In this document: positions 27,399-35,736 of the stretch, piece after piece
How positions within the stretch are numbered: position 1 is the stretch's first letter
How the letters are laid out: each line of letters opens with the position of its first letter
From: Escherichia phage vB_EcoM_RZ
Length of the DNA: 64,000 nt
Sequence record: MW598459
Direction: 5' to 3' (one strand)
Notes under the pieces: model-generated
The model's database searches: none
Told to the model about the DNA's origin: nothing
What the model saw: the letters and a program-made list of their open reading frames with translations, nothing else
Made by a program: the position numbers and the translations under genes

Positions 27399-28423
27399 AT
27401 TTTTGCATATTTGGATAATCGAAGTTTTGCCATTAAACCTTGTGCAATATTATCATTCATATAGGCTTCAATTTGCTCAGGCGTTGCTCCTTCCGATTTA
27501 ATCATTTCATTTATATCTTTCGTATGCCACGGTGCATTGTCCCAGAACATAACAGCTTCTCCTGCATCGACTAATTTCTTCATACGTTTAATCGTATCAG
27601 GATGTCTTGCTTCTGAATCCATCACCCATACTCTGGTTTCTGGATAAGGAACGGCTTCCAATGCTAATGTTCCACCGGTTATCGCAATGCTGTTAGGGAT
27701 AAACAAACTATCAATCGGACCTTCCATTACCCACACGCGCTTGCGCTCGTCAATCTTGTCTACACCATAGACTTTGGAAGCTTCTGGGTGGGCTTTGATT
27801 GTGATATATTTTTGTGGTGCATCTTTGCGAAGAGCTCGTCCTTGGAAAGATTCGATTTCTTTTTTGCCGTTGAAGATAGGAATAACCAAGCGTGGTTCAT
27901 TCGTTTCATTCTTATACGTCCCAGGATTAACGGAGTTAACTAATGCAGGCCATTTGTTTGTAAACCATAACCGGTTCCAAACATTGCTCGGAATACACCG
28001 ACTTTTTACATACTTAACTATCGGATGCGCTTCTGGTAAAGTATCGATTCTTTCGCAAAAAGCAAGCTGCTCAATAACCGGAGTTTTTTCTGGTTCTTTC
28101 GGAGTTTCTGCAACTTCATTACGTTGTCTGCCAAAGGCATTCTCCTTATACTTCTCAACCATATATTCCCGGTGCAAATCCGGCTCAAACTCTTTTATGT
28201 ATTTGCTTATATGCGTGGAGTAGTCACAGTTAAAACATTTCACGTAAACCGCACCATCAGCCGGATTAGTATACGCCCAGAATCGAGCCTTGTGTGAATC
28301 TTTCTGGGAGTCCCCACAAACCTTGCAACGACAGTTTGCTTTAAATGTGCTCCCGGTGACTTCTCTATAACGTGGTTGATACGATAAAGCTCTGACTGCA
28401 AATTCTTTATCAATATATGACAT
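27395..28423 (-). CDS. 61: DNA primase gp61
   Basis: 342 aa; zinc-binding CRCKVCGD...CFNCDYS N-terminus; matches recalled T4 gp61. Confidence 0.9.
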   Translation of the reverse strand: MSYIDKEFAVRALSYQPRYREVTGSTFKANCRCKVCGDSQKDSHKARFWAYTNPADGAVYVKCFNCDYSTHISKYIKEFEPDLHREYMVEKYKENAFGRQRNEVAETPKEPEKTPVIEQLAFCERIDTLPEAHPIVKYVKSRCIPSNVWNRLWFTNKWPALVNSVNPGTYKNETNEPRLVIPIFNGKKEIESFQGRALRKDAPQKYITIKAHPEASKVYGVDKIDERKRVWVMEGPIDSLFIPNSIAITGGTLALEAVPYPETRVWVMDSEARHPDTIKRMKKLVDAGEAVMFWDNAPWHTKDINEMIKSEGATPEQIEAYMNDNIAQGLMAKLRLSKYAKI

Positions 28424-28642
28424 AGTTTCCTCATTTCAATGGCCCCGAAGGACCATTATACTGTAGGTTTATCGTCTTTGTTCTTACGCTTTTTTGATGG
28501 GATTTGTTCAGGGCCTTTATTGACAACTGCCCCGGAAGTGGTACCTGTTGCGATATTAGTTGGGTTTCCACCTGCATCACCGGCAACCATATTTTCGTTG
28601 ATAAAATCTTTGAATGTTTTCATAACACCCCCTTTCCGCTAT

Positions 28643-28834
28643 TTATACAACGAAGATAGCTTTATCACCATTTGCATCAGTCACTTCATAAGTGTCTTCA
28701 TGATACAATGGAATAATCCAGGTAACACCATCATCAGCGATAACATGGATTGCTTCTTGGTCTTGCGACACGATTTCATATTCTTCAAAAATCTGGAAGA
28801 CGGAAATCTTAGAGCCCGTACACATTGCACTCAT
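28643..28834 (-). CDS. Hypothetical protein (63 aa)
   Basis: ORF in minus-strand array. Confidence 0.4.
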   Translation of the reverse strand: MSAMCTGSKISVFQIFEEYEIVSQDQEAIHVIADDGVTWIIPLYHEDTYEVTDANGDKAIFVV

Positions 28835-29030
28835 ATTGTTCCCTTCTTTTAATCAGTTGACGATGTGCCTTTTTAAGTTTACGAATCTGACGTTTAGTCG
28901 GTCGCGCAACATAAGCTTGAGTAGTTACTCGTCCAAAAACTCCATACTTGGGAGACGGCGTATCAATAAAGACTTCCCACTGGCAAGAGTAACTATATAT
29001 TGCTTTAGAGAATTGGGTCAAAACAAACAT
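28809..29030 (-). CDS. Hypothetical protein (73 aa)
   Basis: ORF in minus-strand array. Confidence 0.4.
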   Translation of the reverse strand: MFVLTQFSKAIYSYSCQWEVFIDTPSPKYGVFGRVTTQAYVARPTKRQIRKLKKAHRQLIKRREQYECNVYGL

Positions 29031-29031
29031 A

Positions 29032-29385
29032 TTAACCTCGCTTCATGAAGGCATTAAAAATCTGGTCGTCAACAGACTGTTCTTGAGCTTTGACCCAAGC
29101 TCCTTCCAGAATGTCATTCGCTTCAGTAGATATCATGACCCCAATTTCAGGGTTTCCTGTTATCCATGCTGCACAATCGCGTACATTCTTTTTATCAAAT
29201 GGATAGCCGCGAGTATCTTCATAAGGTCCATTCATTACCATAAATGAGCGAGCCTTTATGATAACATCATCTTTGACGATAATATAGCCAATCGCTTGAT
29301 TAAACCGAGGCTCACGGAATTCATAATGAGCATTACCATCATTATTGCTCACCAGTTCAAAATTCAGAAAATTATAATAACTCAT
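29032..29385 (-). CDS. Hypothetical protein (117 aa) with C-terminal tail shared with upstream neighbour
   Basis: Ends ...SVDDQIFNAFMKRG. Confidence 0.45.
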   Translation of the reverse strand: MSYYNFLNFELVSNNDGNAHYEFREPRFNQAIGYIIVKDDVIIKARSFMVMNGPYEDTRGYPFDKKNVRDCAAWITGNPEIGVMISTEANDILEGAWVKAQEQSVDDQIFNAFMKRG

Positions 29386-29386
29386 A

Positions 29387-29824
29387 CTAATCTCGCTTCA
29401 TGAAGGCATTAAAAATCTGGTCGTCAACTGAATAAACGGGGGTTTCCAGAATTTTCAAAAGACTGTTTTTGATGTACTTACCCGGGATACCCATATTAAC
29501 AATACTGTCATTCAATTCATTGTCAGGGTTGATGTCTTTAAATTCAAACCCATCAAATTCAACCTTGTCAGGAATACCATCGGCGAAAAAATAAACCAAT
29601 TGGTGCATTGTATTGCACGAAAATAATTTGGACTTGACCGCAATAAGTTCTTGCCAATGGTTTAATTCTTTGTTAAGGAGTTTATGGGCAAACGTAATTC
29701 TATTATCACTATCAACAAGAAAATAACCCAGGTATTGAAGGTCGTCGCTCCAAAACGCCCTGTATGCTTGTGCATTTGGATTTTTACAACGAAGTTTTTT
29801 GATAACTAAATTTCTGTTAATCAT
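29387..29824 (-). CDS. Hypothetical protein (about 146 aa) with the same C-terminal tail
   Basis: Ends ...SVDDQIFNAFMKRD; start trimmed to avoid overlap with sp. Confidence 0.45.
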   Translation of the reverse strand: MINRNLVIKKLRCKNPNAQAYRAFWSDDLQYLGYFLVDSDNRITFAHKLLNKELNHWQELIAVKSKLFSCNTMHQLVYFFADGIPDKVEFDGFEFKDINPDNELNDSIVNMGIPGKYIKNSLLKILETPVYSVDDQIFNAFMKRD

Positions 29825-29825
29825 T

Positions 29826-30119
29826 TTATTCACCTGTAACCCATTGAACAATTTTGCTATTGTCAAATGAAGCATCGCAATACAGAACATAGTTATACTG
29901 CATAACGTCACCAGAAGTCAATTGGTCAGATACTTCTTTAACCATATCAGGGCGGTCACGTTTAGTAATATTCATGATATCAGCATAAATCTGATGTTCA
30001 ACATCAGTCTGGTCAGCAGTCATAGACCACTCACAAAGGTCTTTATCAAGTCCAGCAGTAACTGGAGCTGTACCACATGATGCTACGGTAAGAATTGCTG
30101 CGATTAATAACTTTTTCAT
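29826..30119 (-). CDS. sp: Spackle periplasmic protein
   Basis: 97 aa with N-terminal signal peptide MKKLLIAAILTVASCG; size and position as T4 sp. Confidence 0.7.
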   Translation of the reverse strand: MKKLLIAAILTVASCGTAPVTAGLDKDLCEWSMTADQTDVEHQIYADIMNITKRDRPDMVKEVSDQLTSGDVMQYNYVLYCDASFDNSKIVQWVTGE

Positions 30120-30179
30120 TTCAATCTCCTCAGTAGTTGATAGGGATAATATACTGCATTACCCCTTTGATGTAAACTG

Positions 30180-30383
30180 TTATTTTTCGTTAGAACGATA
30201 ATCATATTCAAAAACTTTATTGTCATTAACAAAGGCTTTAACCAGCGCATTATTCACTTCTGCATACTGTACTGTAACCCATTCAATCATATTTTTGTCA
30301 CTGACATCCAGGGCGGTTTCTTTGGTAAACATATTACCATTTTCAAACCAACCAATAAACACTACGTTCTCTAATTTATACAT
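30180..30383 (-). CDS. dmd: Dmd antitoxin (inhibitor of RnlA/LsoA)
   Basis: 67 aa; VVF.GWF.N..MFTKE......QYAEVN.ALVKAF..D.KV matches recalled T4 Dmd. Confidence 0.8.
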   Translation of the reverse strand: MYKLENVVFIGWFENGNMFTKETALDVSDKNMIEWVTVQYAEVNNALVKAFVNDNKVFEYDYRSNEK

Positions 30384-30701
30384 TTAGATTTCCTCACAAA
30401 ACGCCCAGGCGGCGTGATAAACTGTTGCGCCTTTAGTGTCATTTAAACAAACCACGTCAACAGGTGCAATCACACGATAAAGACGGGGTTCTCCTCCATA
30501 TGAGCGAGATGCTCTTCCTGCATAGATACGCGCCAAACCAATATCTTCAGTAAAAAACACACGCCCTAAATTTTTCTTACGCCCAACTTCTGACAGAACA
30601 CCAGTTGCATCAGGAGGGCAAAGCATATTTTGGATTCCAGCATTAGAGCTTGACCCATGATAATAAACTTTGTATTCTGCCTTGCAATCAATGGTTTTCA
30701 T
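30384..30701 (-). CDS. Hypothetical protein (105 aa) with YHGSS motif
   Basis: ORF preceded by leader box. Confidence 0.45.
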   Translation of the reverse strand: MKTIDCKAEYKVYYHGSSSNAGIQNMLCPPDATGVLSEVGRKKNLGRVFFTEDIGLARIYAGRASRSYGGEPRLYRVIAPVDVVCLNDTKGATVYHAAWAFCEEI

Positions 30702-30739
30702 TTTATTCTCCAGTAGTTGATAGAGTCATTATAACATAA

Positions 30740-30766
30740 GAAAAAGGGGCTGTAAGCCCCTTTATT
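30740..30766 (-). terminator. Rho-independent terminator
   Basis: GGGGC-TGTAA-GCCCC hairpin flanked by A and T runs. Confidence 0.55.
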
Positions 30767-30769
30767 CAC

Positions 30770-31072
30770 TTACGCCAACTCATAGTTGTGCATAGTCAGA
30801 CAACGAATTTTCCCAGTAGTTGGGTGCATAACAGTCACACTAATTGTGTAATCATCACACACGTTAACAAAAGGTTCAGCGATAACATATACTGCCCCGC
30901 CTGCAAGCAGATACTCACGAAGAGAGCTGCGAACAGATGAAGGTTGAACATCGCTTTTGAGCTTTATTAATTTACCAGTTTGAATGCCTGATGCGATAAG
31001 AGCAGCACAGTTTTCATCACGGCGAGCGAACTGACCAAAATAGTAACGGTTCATATCGGTTTGATTAAACAT
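30770..31072 (-). CDS. Hypothetical protein (100 aa)
   Basis: ORF downstream of an early promoter. Confidence 0.45.
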   Translation of the reverse strand: MFNQTDMNRYYFGQFARRDENCAALIASGIQTGKLIKLKSDVQPSSVRSSLREYLLAGGAVYVIAEPFVNVCDDYTISVTVMHPTTGKIRCLTMHNYELA

Positions 31073-31114
31073 ATGGTTTTCCTTTTAACAGTTGGTTTAT
31101 TGTGTAACTCAGTA

Positions 31115-31152
31115 TGGAATCATTATGTCCTAAGACAAGGGGCTTGTACACT
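31115..31152 (-). promoter_or_regulatory. T4-type early promoter
   Basis: Minus strand TGTACA, 16 nt, CATAAT, leader GATTCCATACTGAGTTACAC. Confidence 0.5.
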
Positions 31153-31399
31153 ATTTTAATTCATTAATTAAATGAAAATCTTGTGCATTGAAAGTAATGA
31201 AAAAATAATCATTCCCTTCAACTGAAGCATGACAGGCAACACTACACCAACGCCTTGCTCTGTTCAAGGAGCAATCCAAAATTTTAAAAGGCTTCAGACC
31301 AACAATGGCAGCTGTTCTTTTATTATGCTCACAAATATCAGCATACTTTTGGAGAGCTTCTTCAGATTTGAACTGGTAATGCACATTAACTAATAACAT
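31151..31399 (-). CDS. Hypothetical protein (82 aa)
   Basis: ORF preceded by leader hairpin. Confidence 0.45.
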   Translation of the reverse strand: MLLVNVHYQFKSEEALQKYADICEHNKRTAAIVGLKPFKILDCSLNRARRWCSVACHASVEGNDYFFITFNAQDFHLINELK

Positions 31400-31419
31400 T
31401 TTATTATCCTCATCAGTAG

Positions 31420-31462
31420 TTGATGGGATAATAGTACACCCTTTTTATGGTGATGTAAACAC
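31420..31462 (-). promoter_or_regulatory. T4-type early promoter
   Basis: Minus strand GTTTAC (31460-31455), about 17 nt, TACTAT, then CCCATCAACTACTGATGAGGA leader. Confidence 0.5.
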
Positions 31463-31469
31463 CCTAAAT

Positions 31470-31492
31470 GAAAAAGACCCGAAGGTCTTTAG
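31470..31492 (-). terminator. Rho-independent terminator downstream of gene 41
   Basis: GACC-CGAA-GGTC hairpin with flanking A and T runs. Confidence 0.5.
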
Positions 31493-32928
31493 AATTTCAT
31501 TTGAGCAGCAAGGTCGTCCAGGTCGCTCCTGTTGACCCTGGTTTGTCTATTCATTTCAGCCTGGCGATTCATCTCACCAGTGGCTTCTTTAACCGTAGGG
31601 CCTTGCTTAGGAGCTGAATCATCATCAACCTCATACCAGCGTTGATTACCTTTCTTAACACCCATCTTGAATTTATTATAGTAGTTCTTATCGCCATAAC
31701 GAGACTTAAGCTGTTTGATTAACTGCAGTCCCATTTGAGCGAATTCTTCGGTCTCAACAACACCCAACATAAAGTCGGCCGTGTGAGCAATACCAAAGGA
31801 TTCTGCGATGTCAGCCATATCAATCTCAGCTGCAACGTTCGCACCCCTGGTTGTCTGTGCTGCAGTCCACAGGACTACATTTTTCTCAACCGCCAGACCA
31901 CGAAGTTCTTCTGCAACCATCTTAATCAGGCCGTAACTGTTTTCGGTAAACGTTTTCAGTCTTGAGCTTGCACAGATTGCCAGGTAGTCAACAATAATCA
32001 CATCCGGCACAAACCCTTGCTTCAGTTTGTATTCATTCAATAATGCACGGAAGGTATCCGCATGAGCGCCACCGGTTGGATATTGTTTTATCTTCAGAGT
32101 CCCAAGAGTCCCGGAAGCACGCCATTTTTCCATCTTAGCTTTATATTCCGCCCATGATATATGACCTTCATCAATATCATCCAGAGACACATCCAACAAG
32201 TTGGCATCAATACGTTTGGCACATACTTCTTCAGCCATTTCCATGCTTATATAAAGCACGTTATGACCAGTCTGAAGATAGTCAGCGGCTAATGAACAAA
32301 GTCCAAGGGATTTGCCGACGTTTGTCCCAGCCAGTAAAACGTTCTCTGTACCGTACTCAACCCCACCCTTTGTGATTTTATTCAGGATGTTAATACGGAA
32401 CGGAACCTTCTTCGATTTGTTCAGATAAGTCTGGAATCGAGCTTCGTAATCGTTTAACCAGTCATGGCCCAGAGCGGAGTCAAAACAGATAGACAATGCA
32501 TCGCGCATGATGTCGGGGATAGCACCAATATCCGGGATTCGTTTATCACGTTTATCTTTCGGAAGTTCGGCATTACTCTGGATTTCGATAATCCTGGATG
32601 TGGCATTGAACATCGCAGACTTCTGTACATACTTCTCGGTTTCTTTAACCAACCATTCCTGGTCTTCTGGAGTATCGGCCAGGACTCCTAAGAGTTTCTT
32701 TGTGCCTTCATATTCGACTTCAGAAAGGTCAGAACTATCGAGCGCGATATCAAGTGCAGTCTTAGTTGGTACCGCTTGATATTCTTTTACGTGTTCGTTA
32801 ATCGTATTAAAAAGGGTCTTTGCAGGACCCTTTTCAAAATATGTGTTATTCAGATATGGCCAGACTTTAACAAAATATTCCTTGTTAAAGAGTAGCTGGG
32901 ATAAAATAGTTTCTACCACTTCCACCAC
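31489..32928 (-). CDS. 41: Replicative DNA helicase gp41 (DnaB-like)
   Basis: 479 aa; Walker A GTNVGKSLG; matches recalled T4 gp41. Confidence 0.93.
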   Translation of the reverse strand: MVEVVETILSQLLFNKEYFVKVWPYLNNTYFEKGPAKTLFNTINEHVKEYQAVPTKTALDIALDSSDLSEVEYEGTKKLLGVLADTPEDQEWLVKETEKYVQKSAMFNATSRIIEIQSNAELPKDKRDKRIPDIGAIPDIMRDALSICFDSALGHDWLNDYEARFQTYLNKSKKVPFRINILNKITKGGVEYGTENVLLAGTNVGKSLGLCSLAADYLQTGHNVLYISMEMAEEVCAKRIDANLLDVSLDDIDEGHISWAEYKAKMEKWRASGTLGTLKIKQYPTGGAHADTFRALLNEYKLKQGFVPDVIIVDYLAICASSRLKTFTENSYGLIKMVAEELRGLAVEKNVVLWTAAQTTRGANVAAEIDMADIAESFGIAHTADFMLGVVETEEFAQMGLQLIKQLKSRYGDKNYYNKFKMGVKKGNQRWYEVDDDSAPKQGPTVKEATGEMNRQAEMNRQTRVNRSDLDDLAAQMKF

Positions 32929-33257
32929 CTCTTTTTCATTTTAATCTTATCAATTTCATCTTGTATTTGCATTGTAACACACTTTTCTACATGCACTGCA
33001 AGCTCCGCTTTGCGGTCTTCGGAAGGGGTGCCGAAATCAACTGAAACTTTTCCAGATGGTTCAATTTTAATTCCGGTTACGTACACAATGTGACTGGACC
33101 CATCAGGGAGTGATAACAGAATTTCCTGTCGCACGGTTCCCATGGATTGCCGGATAATCTCCAAACTTTTTTCGTAGTAAGGTACAGAAGGAGCCTTAGC
33201 TCCCTCCGCATCTTTCTCGAAATTATCTAAATCAGATAAATCGATATCATTCATCAA
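32913..33257 (-). CDS. Hypothetical protein (114 aa); gene 40 position
   Basis: Lies between uvsX and 41 as gene 40 does in T4; sequence not independently recognised. Confidence 0.5.
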   Translation of the reverse strand: MMNDIDLSDLDNFEKDAEGAKAPSVPYYEKSLEIIRQSMGTVRQEILLSLPDGSSHIVYVTGIKIEPSGKVSVDFGTPSEDRKAELAVHVEKCVTMQIQDEIDKIKMKKRWWKW

Positions 33258-34425
33258 GGTCTTCCATCATATCTAAATCGTTTTCAATATCTGCAGCAGA
33301 CGGTTTTGTCTTACCTTCCGGAGCAGTGTATTTTTCAACCTTGGAGGCAATAAGCGCGTCAACTTCGGCATCAACAACAGCATTGCTATCGATTGCACCC
33401 AGTTGGTAATGGCGTTTGATTGCATCACGGAAAGGTTCGTGTTTGAACAGTGGGCCCCAGAATTCGGTGCAGTTAGTATCTTTTGCGCGCCATGATTTTT
33501 CTTCGCGGACCATTTCACCGGTCTCAACATCAAGATATTCACGGTTATACCAACCAACTTTTGGTTTCACCACAAATCCGATTTCCATTGCCATATCAAG
33601 CAGGCCAGAATACGGGTCAATACCGCCATCGAATTTTACATCAATGAAGAATTTACTTTTCTCTTTGACCATACGAGATTTTTCGGCGTTCAGAACAAAT
33701 TGGAAGCCTTCAAGTTCTTTACCAGTTTCTTTAATCTGGCGTTTGCCGATAATGAATACGGTGTCCGCGGAATACATAACACCTGTACCGCCGGTCATAA
33801 CGGTTTTACTGTACATCTCAATCGTCTCGATTGTATGGTTAACCGCGACACAAGGAATATCCTTGATGCTAAAATATGGAGTAACAATACGGAACAGAGA
33901 TTTCAGGGATTTAGCACGAGTCATATCGCCAACAACTTTTTCGTTCATCGCATCTTCTGTTTCTTTTTTCGACGCCATGTTACCGATTGAGTCAATAAAG
34001 ATAATGACTTTTTCACCACGCTCAATTGCTTCAAGCTGGTTAACCATATCAACTTTCAATTGTTCAACCGACTGGATTGGTGTATGGATAACACGCTCCG
34101 GGTCAACTTTCATTGCACGAAGATAGGCTTCTGTGATACCAAATTCTGAATCATAGAACAAACAGATTGCATCGGGGTATTTGTTCATATATGCAGAGAC
34201 CATCGTTAAACCCATATTGGATTTAAAGTGTTTTGACGGACCAGCAAAAATAGTCAAACCTGACTGCATACCACCATCTAGTGCACCGCTGATTGCAATG
34301 TTCAGCATTGGGATTTTTGTACGAACTACATCTTTATCATTAAAGAACTTGGACTTGGTAAGAGTCGCAGTCATTTTGGATGTAGAAGCTTTAATCAAAC
34401 GGGATTTCAAATCTGCAATAGACAT
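33247..34425 (-). CDS. uvsX: UvsX recombinase (RecA-like)
   Basis: 392 aa; Walker A region AGPSKHFKS; matches recalled T4 UvsX. Confidence 0.93.
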   Translation of the reverse strand: MSIADLKSRLIKASTSKMTATLTKSKFFNDKDVVRTKIPMLNIAISGALDGGMQSGLTIFAGPSKHFKSNMGLTMVSAYMNKYPDAICLFYDSEFGITEAYLRAMKVDPERVIHTPIQSVEQLKVDMVNQLEAIERGEKVIIFIDSIGNMASKKETEDAMNEKVVGDMTRAKSLKSLFRIVTPYFSIKDIPCVAVNHTIETIEMYSKTVMTGGTGVMYSADTVFIIGKRQIKETGKELEGFQFVLNAEKSRMVKEKSKFFIDVKFDGGIDPYSGLLDMAMEIGFVVKPKVGWYNREYLDVETGEMVREEKSWRAKDTNCTEFWGPLFKHEPFRDAIKRHYQLGAIDSNAVVDAEVDALIASKVEKYTAPEGKTKPSAADIENDLDMMEDLDE

Positions 34426-34767
34426 TCATTTTTTCCATAGGCACCATTATATTTTTCTCACAGGTTTAAGATAGGATAATTATATCACTGTATTTTTAGA
34501 GCAATTAACGATTGAAACCACGATTAATTGCACGTTCAACAATCTTCCGGGTCTGACGTTTGTCCCACCAGTACATAAAACCAATACCAAATGCAGACAA
34601 CATCCACAGACTAATCAATAGCACACCAATCATAATATTTTTCCCGCAGTTCAGAGTAATTTAGTAAACGTTTCCACGTTTCCAGTTTTCTTCAGCCAAA
34701 TGCTTATTACGCTTTTCTAATAGCAGCAAACCAATTACTGTTCCAACAATCAGAAGTAATAATAACA

Positions 34768-35271
34768 TCAGTTAATACCTTGGCGTGCTTTCTCTTTAGC
34801 TACACATTTATTAATATAGCTCAGACGGTTTTGAGCAGAACGCTGATACATATCGCGGTACTCATTAGCTTTTGGAGAACCCGTCTCTGCTGCCTGATAA
34901 GCTTCCGCGCGCATAATGTTTATCTGCATATTGATGTATGACATGCAGACCTGTGAAATCTGGTTAACAGTGTCAAGGTCATTTTGTCGCTTGGTTTCTG
35001 CTTCCAGTTTGGCAATGATTTCGTCATGCTTCGCAGCTTGTTCGCGTTTGTACTCAATTTCACGTTGAGCATATTTCGCGCAGTTGTTTCCACATTGATT
35101 GTTGTCGCGTTTGTAGATAAGTCCAGTACCACCTTTGAAATCAAAGGAACCATTATGCACCTGACGGTCTGCAGCAATTCGCGCTTTACCAATCTCATTG
35201 GCATTAACAACATCACCCTGGTAAGCACAACCAGATAGCAGCATAACAGCTGCGATAGCTAACTTTTTCAT
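34768..35271 (-). CDS. Putative lipoprotein (about 167 aa)
   Basis: MKKLAIAAVMLLSGCAYQ signal peptide with lipobox; start trimmed to this Met. Confidence 0.55.
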   Translation of the reverse strand: MKKLAIAAVMLLSGCAYQGDVVNANEIGKARIAADRQVHNGSFDFKGGTGLIYKRDNNQCGNNCAKYAQREIEYKREQAAKHDEIIAKLEAETKRQNDLDTVNQISQVCMSYINMQINIMRAEAYQAAETGSPKANEYRDMYQRSAQNRLSYINKCVAKEKARQGIN

Positions 35272-35421
35272 TGTATTTTCCTCAATTAAAACATTCATAG
35301 CGGGCTTGGAGTCCCAAAAATACCCAACCCAAAATTAAAGTTGGAATCATATGCGGAGTCATTATTGCCCAATAGATTGACATACTAAAAAATGCAATCA
35401 GTACAATAATTGTAATTATCT

Positions 35422-35664
35422 TCATTTGGTTTCCTTGATGATAATTACTTGTGCGTTTGATTTACGCTCAGCAACGAGTGCCCAGATAAATGCAATAAAC
35501 CATCCGACCATTGTCCAACCTAACAGGAGGTTAACAAAGAAGATTCCGCAATTACTTTTGGTTCCTCGCAGTAGCGCGATAATCCATGGCAGAAAATATG
35601 CCAGTGCAGCCAGGAAGAAAGAACCAGCACCAAGAACAACAGTACCTGCAATTAATGTTTCCAT
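35422..35664 (-). CDS. Pmp3/YqaE-family proteolipid-like membrane protein (80 aa)
   Basis: FLPWIIALLRGTKSNCGIFFVNLLLGWTMVGWFIAFIWAL resembles the YqaE pattern as I recall it; two TM helices. Confidence 0.45.
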   Translation of the reverse strand: METLIAGTVVLGAGSFFLAALAYFLPWIIALLRGTKSNCGIFFVNLLLGWTMVGWFIAFIWALVAERKSNAQVIIIKETK

Positions 35665-35736
35665 TTTAATATCCTTAATTTAATCATCAGTAGTTGATGG
35701 AGTAATCATACGGCAATCCTTTGCCGTTGTAAACAC

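Noticed and set aside
30384-30701. Calling the 105 aa YHGSS protein an ADP-ribosyltransferase
   Set aside because: The match is limited to a short pattern and the protein is too small for a complete ART fold. It is left as hypothetical and flagged only as a lead.
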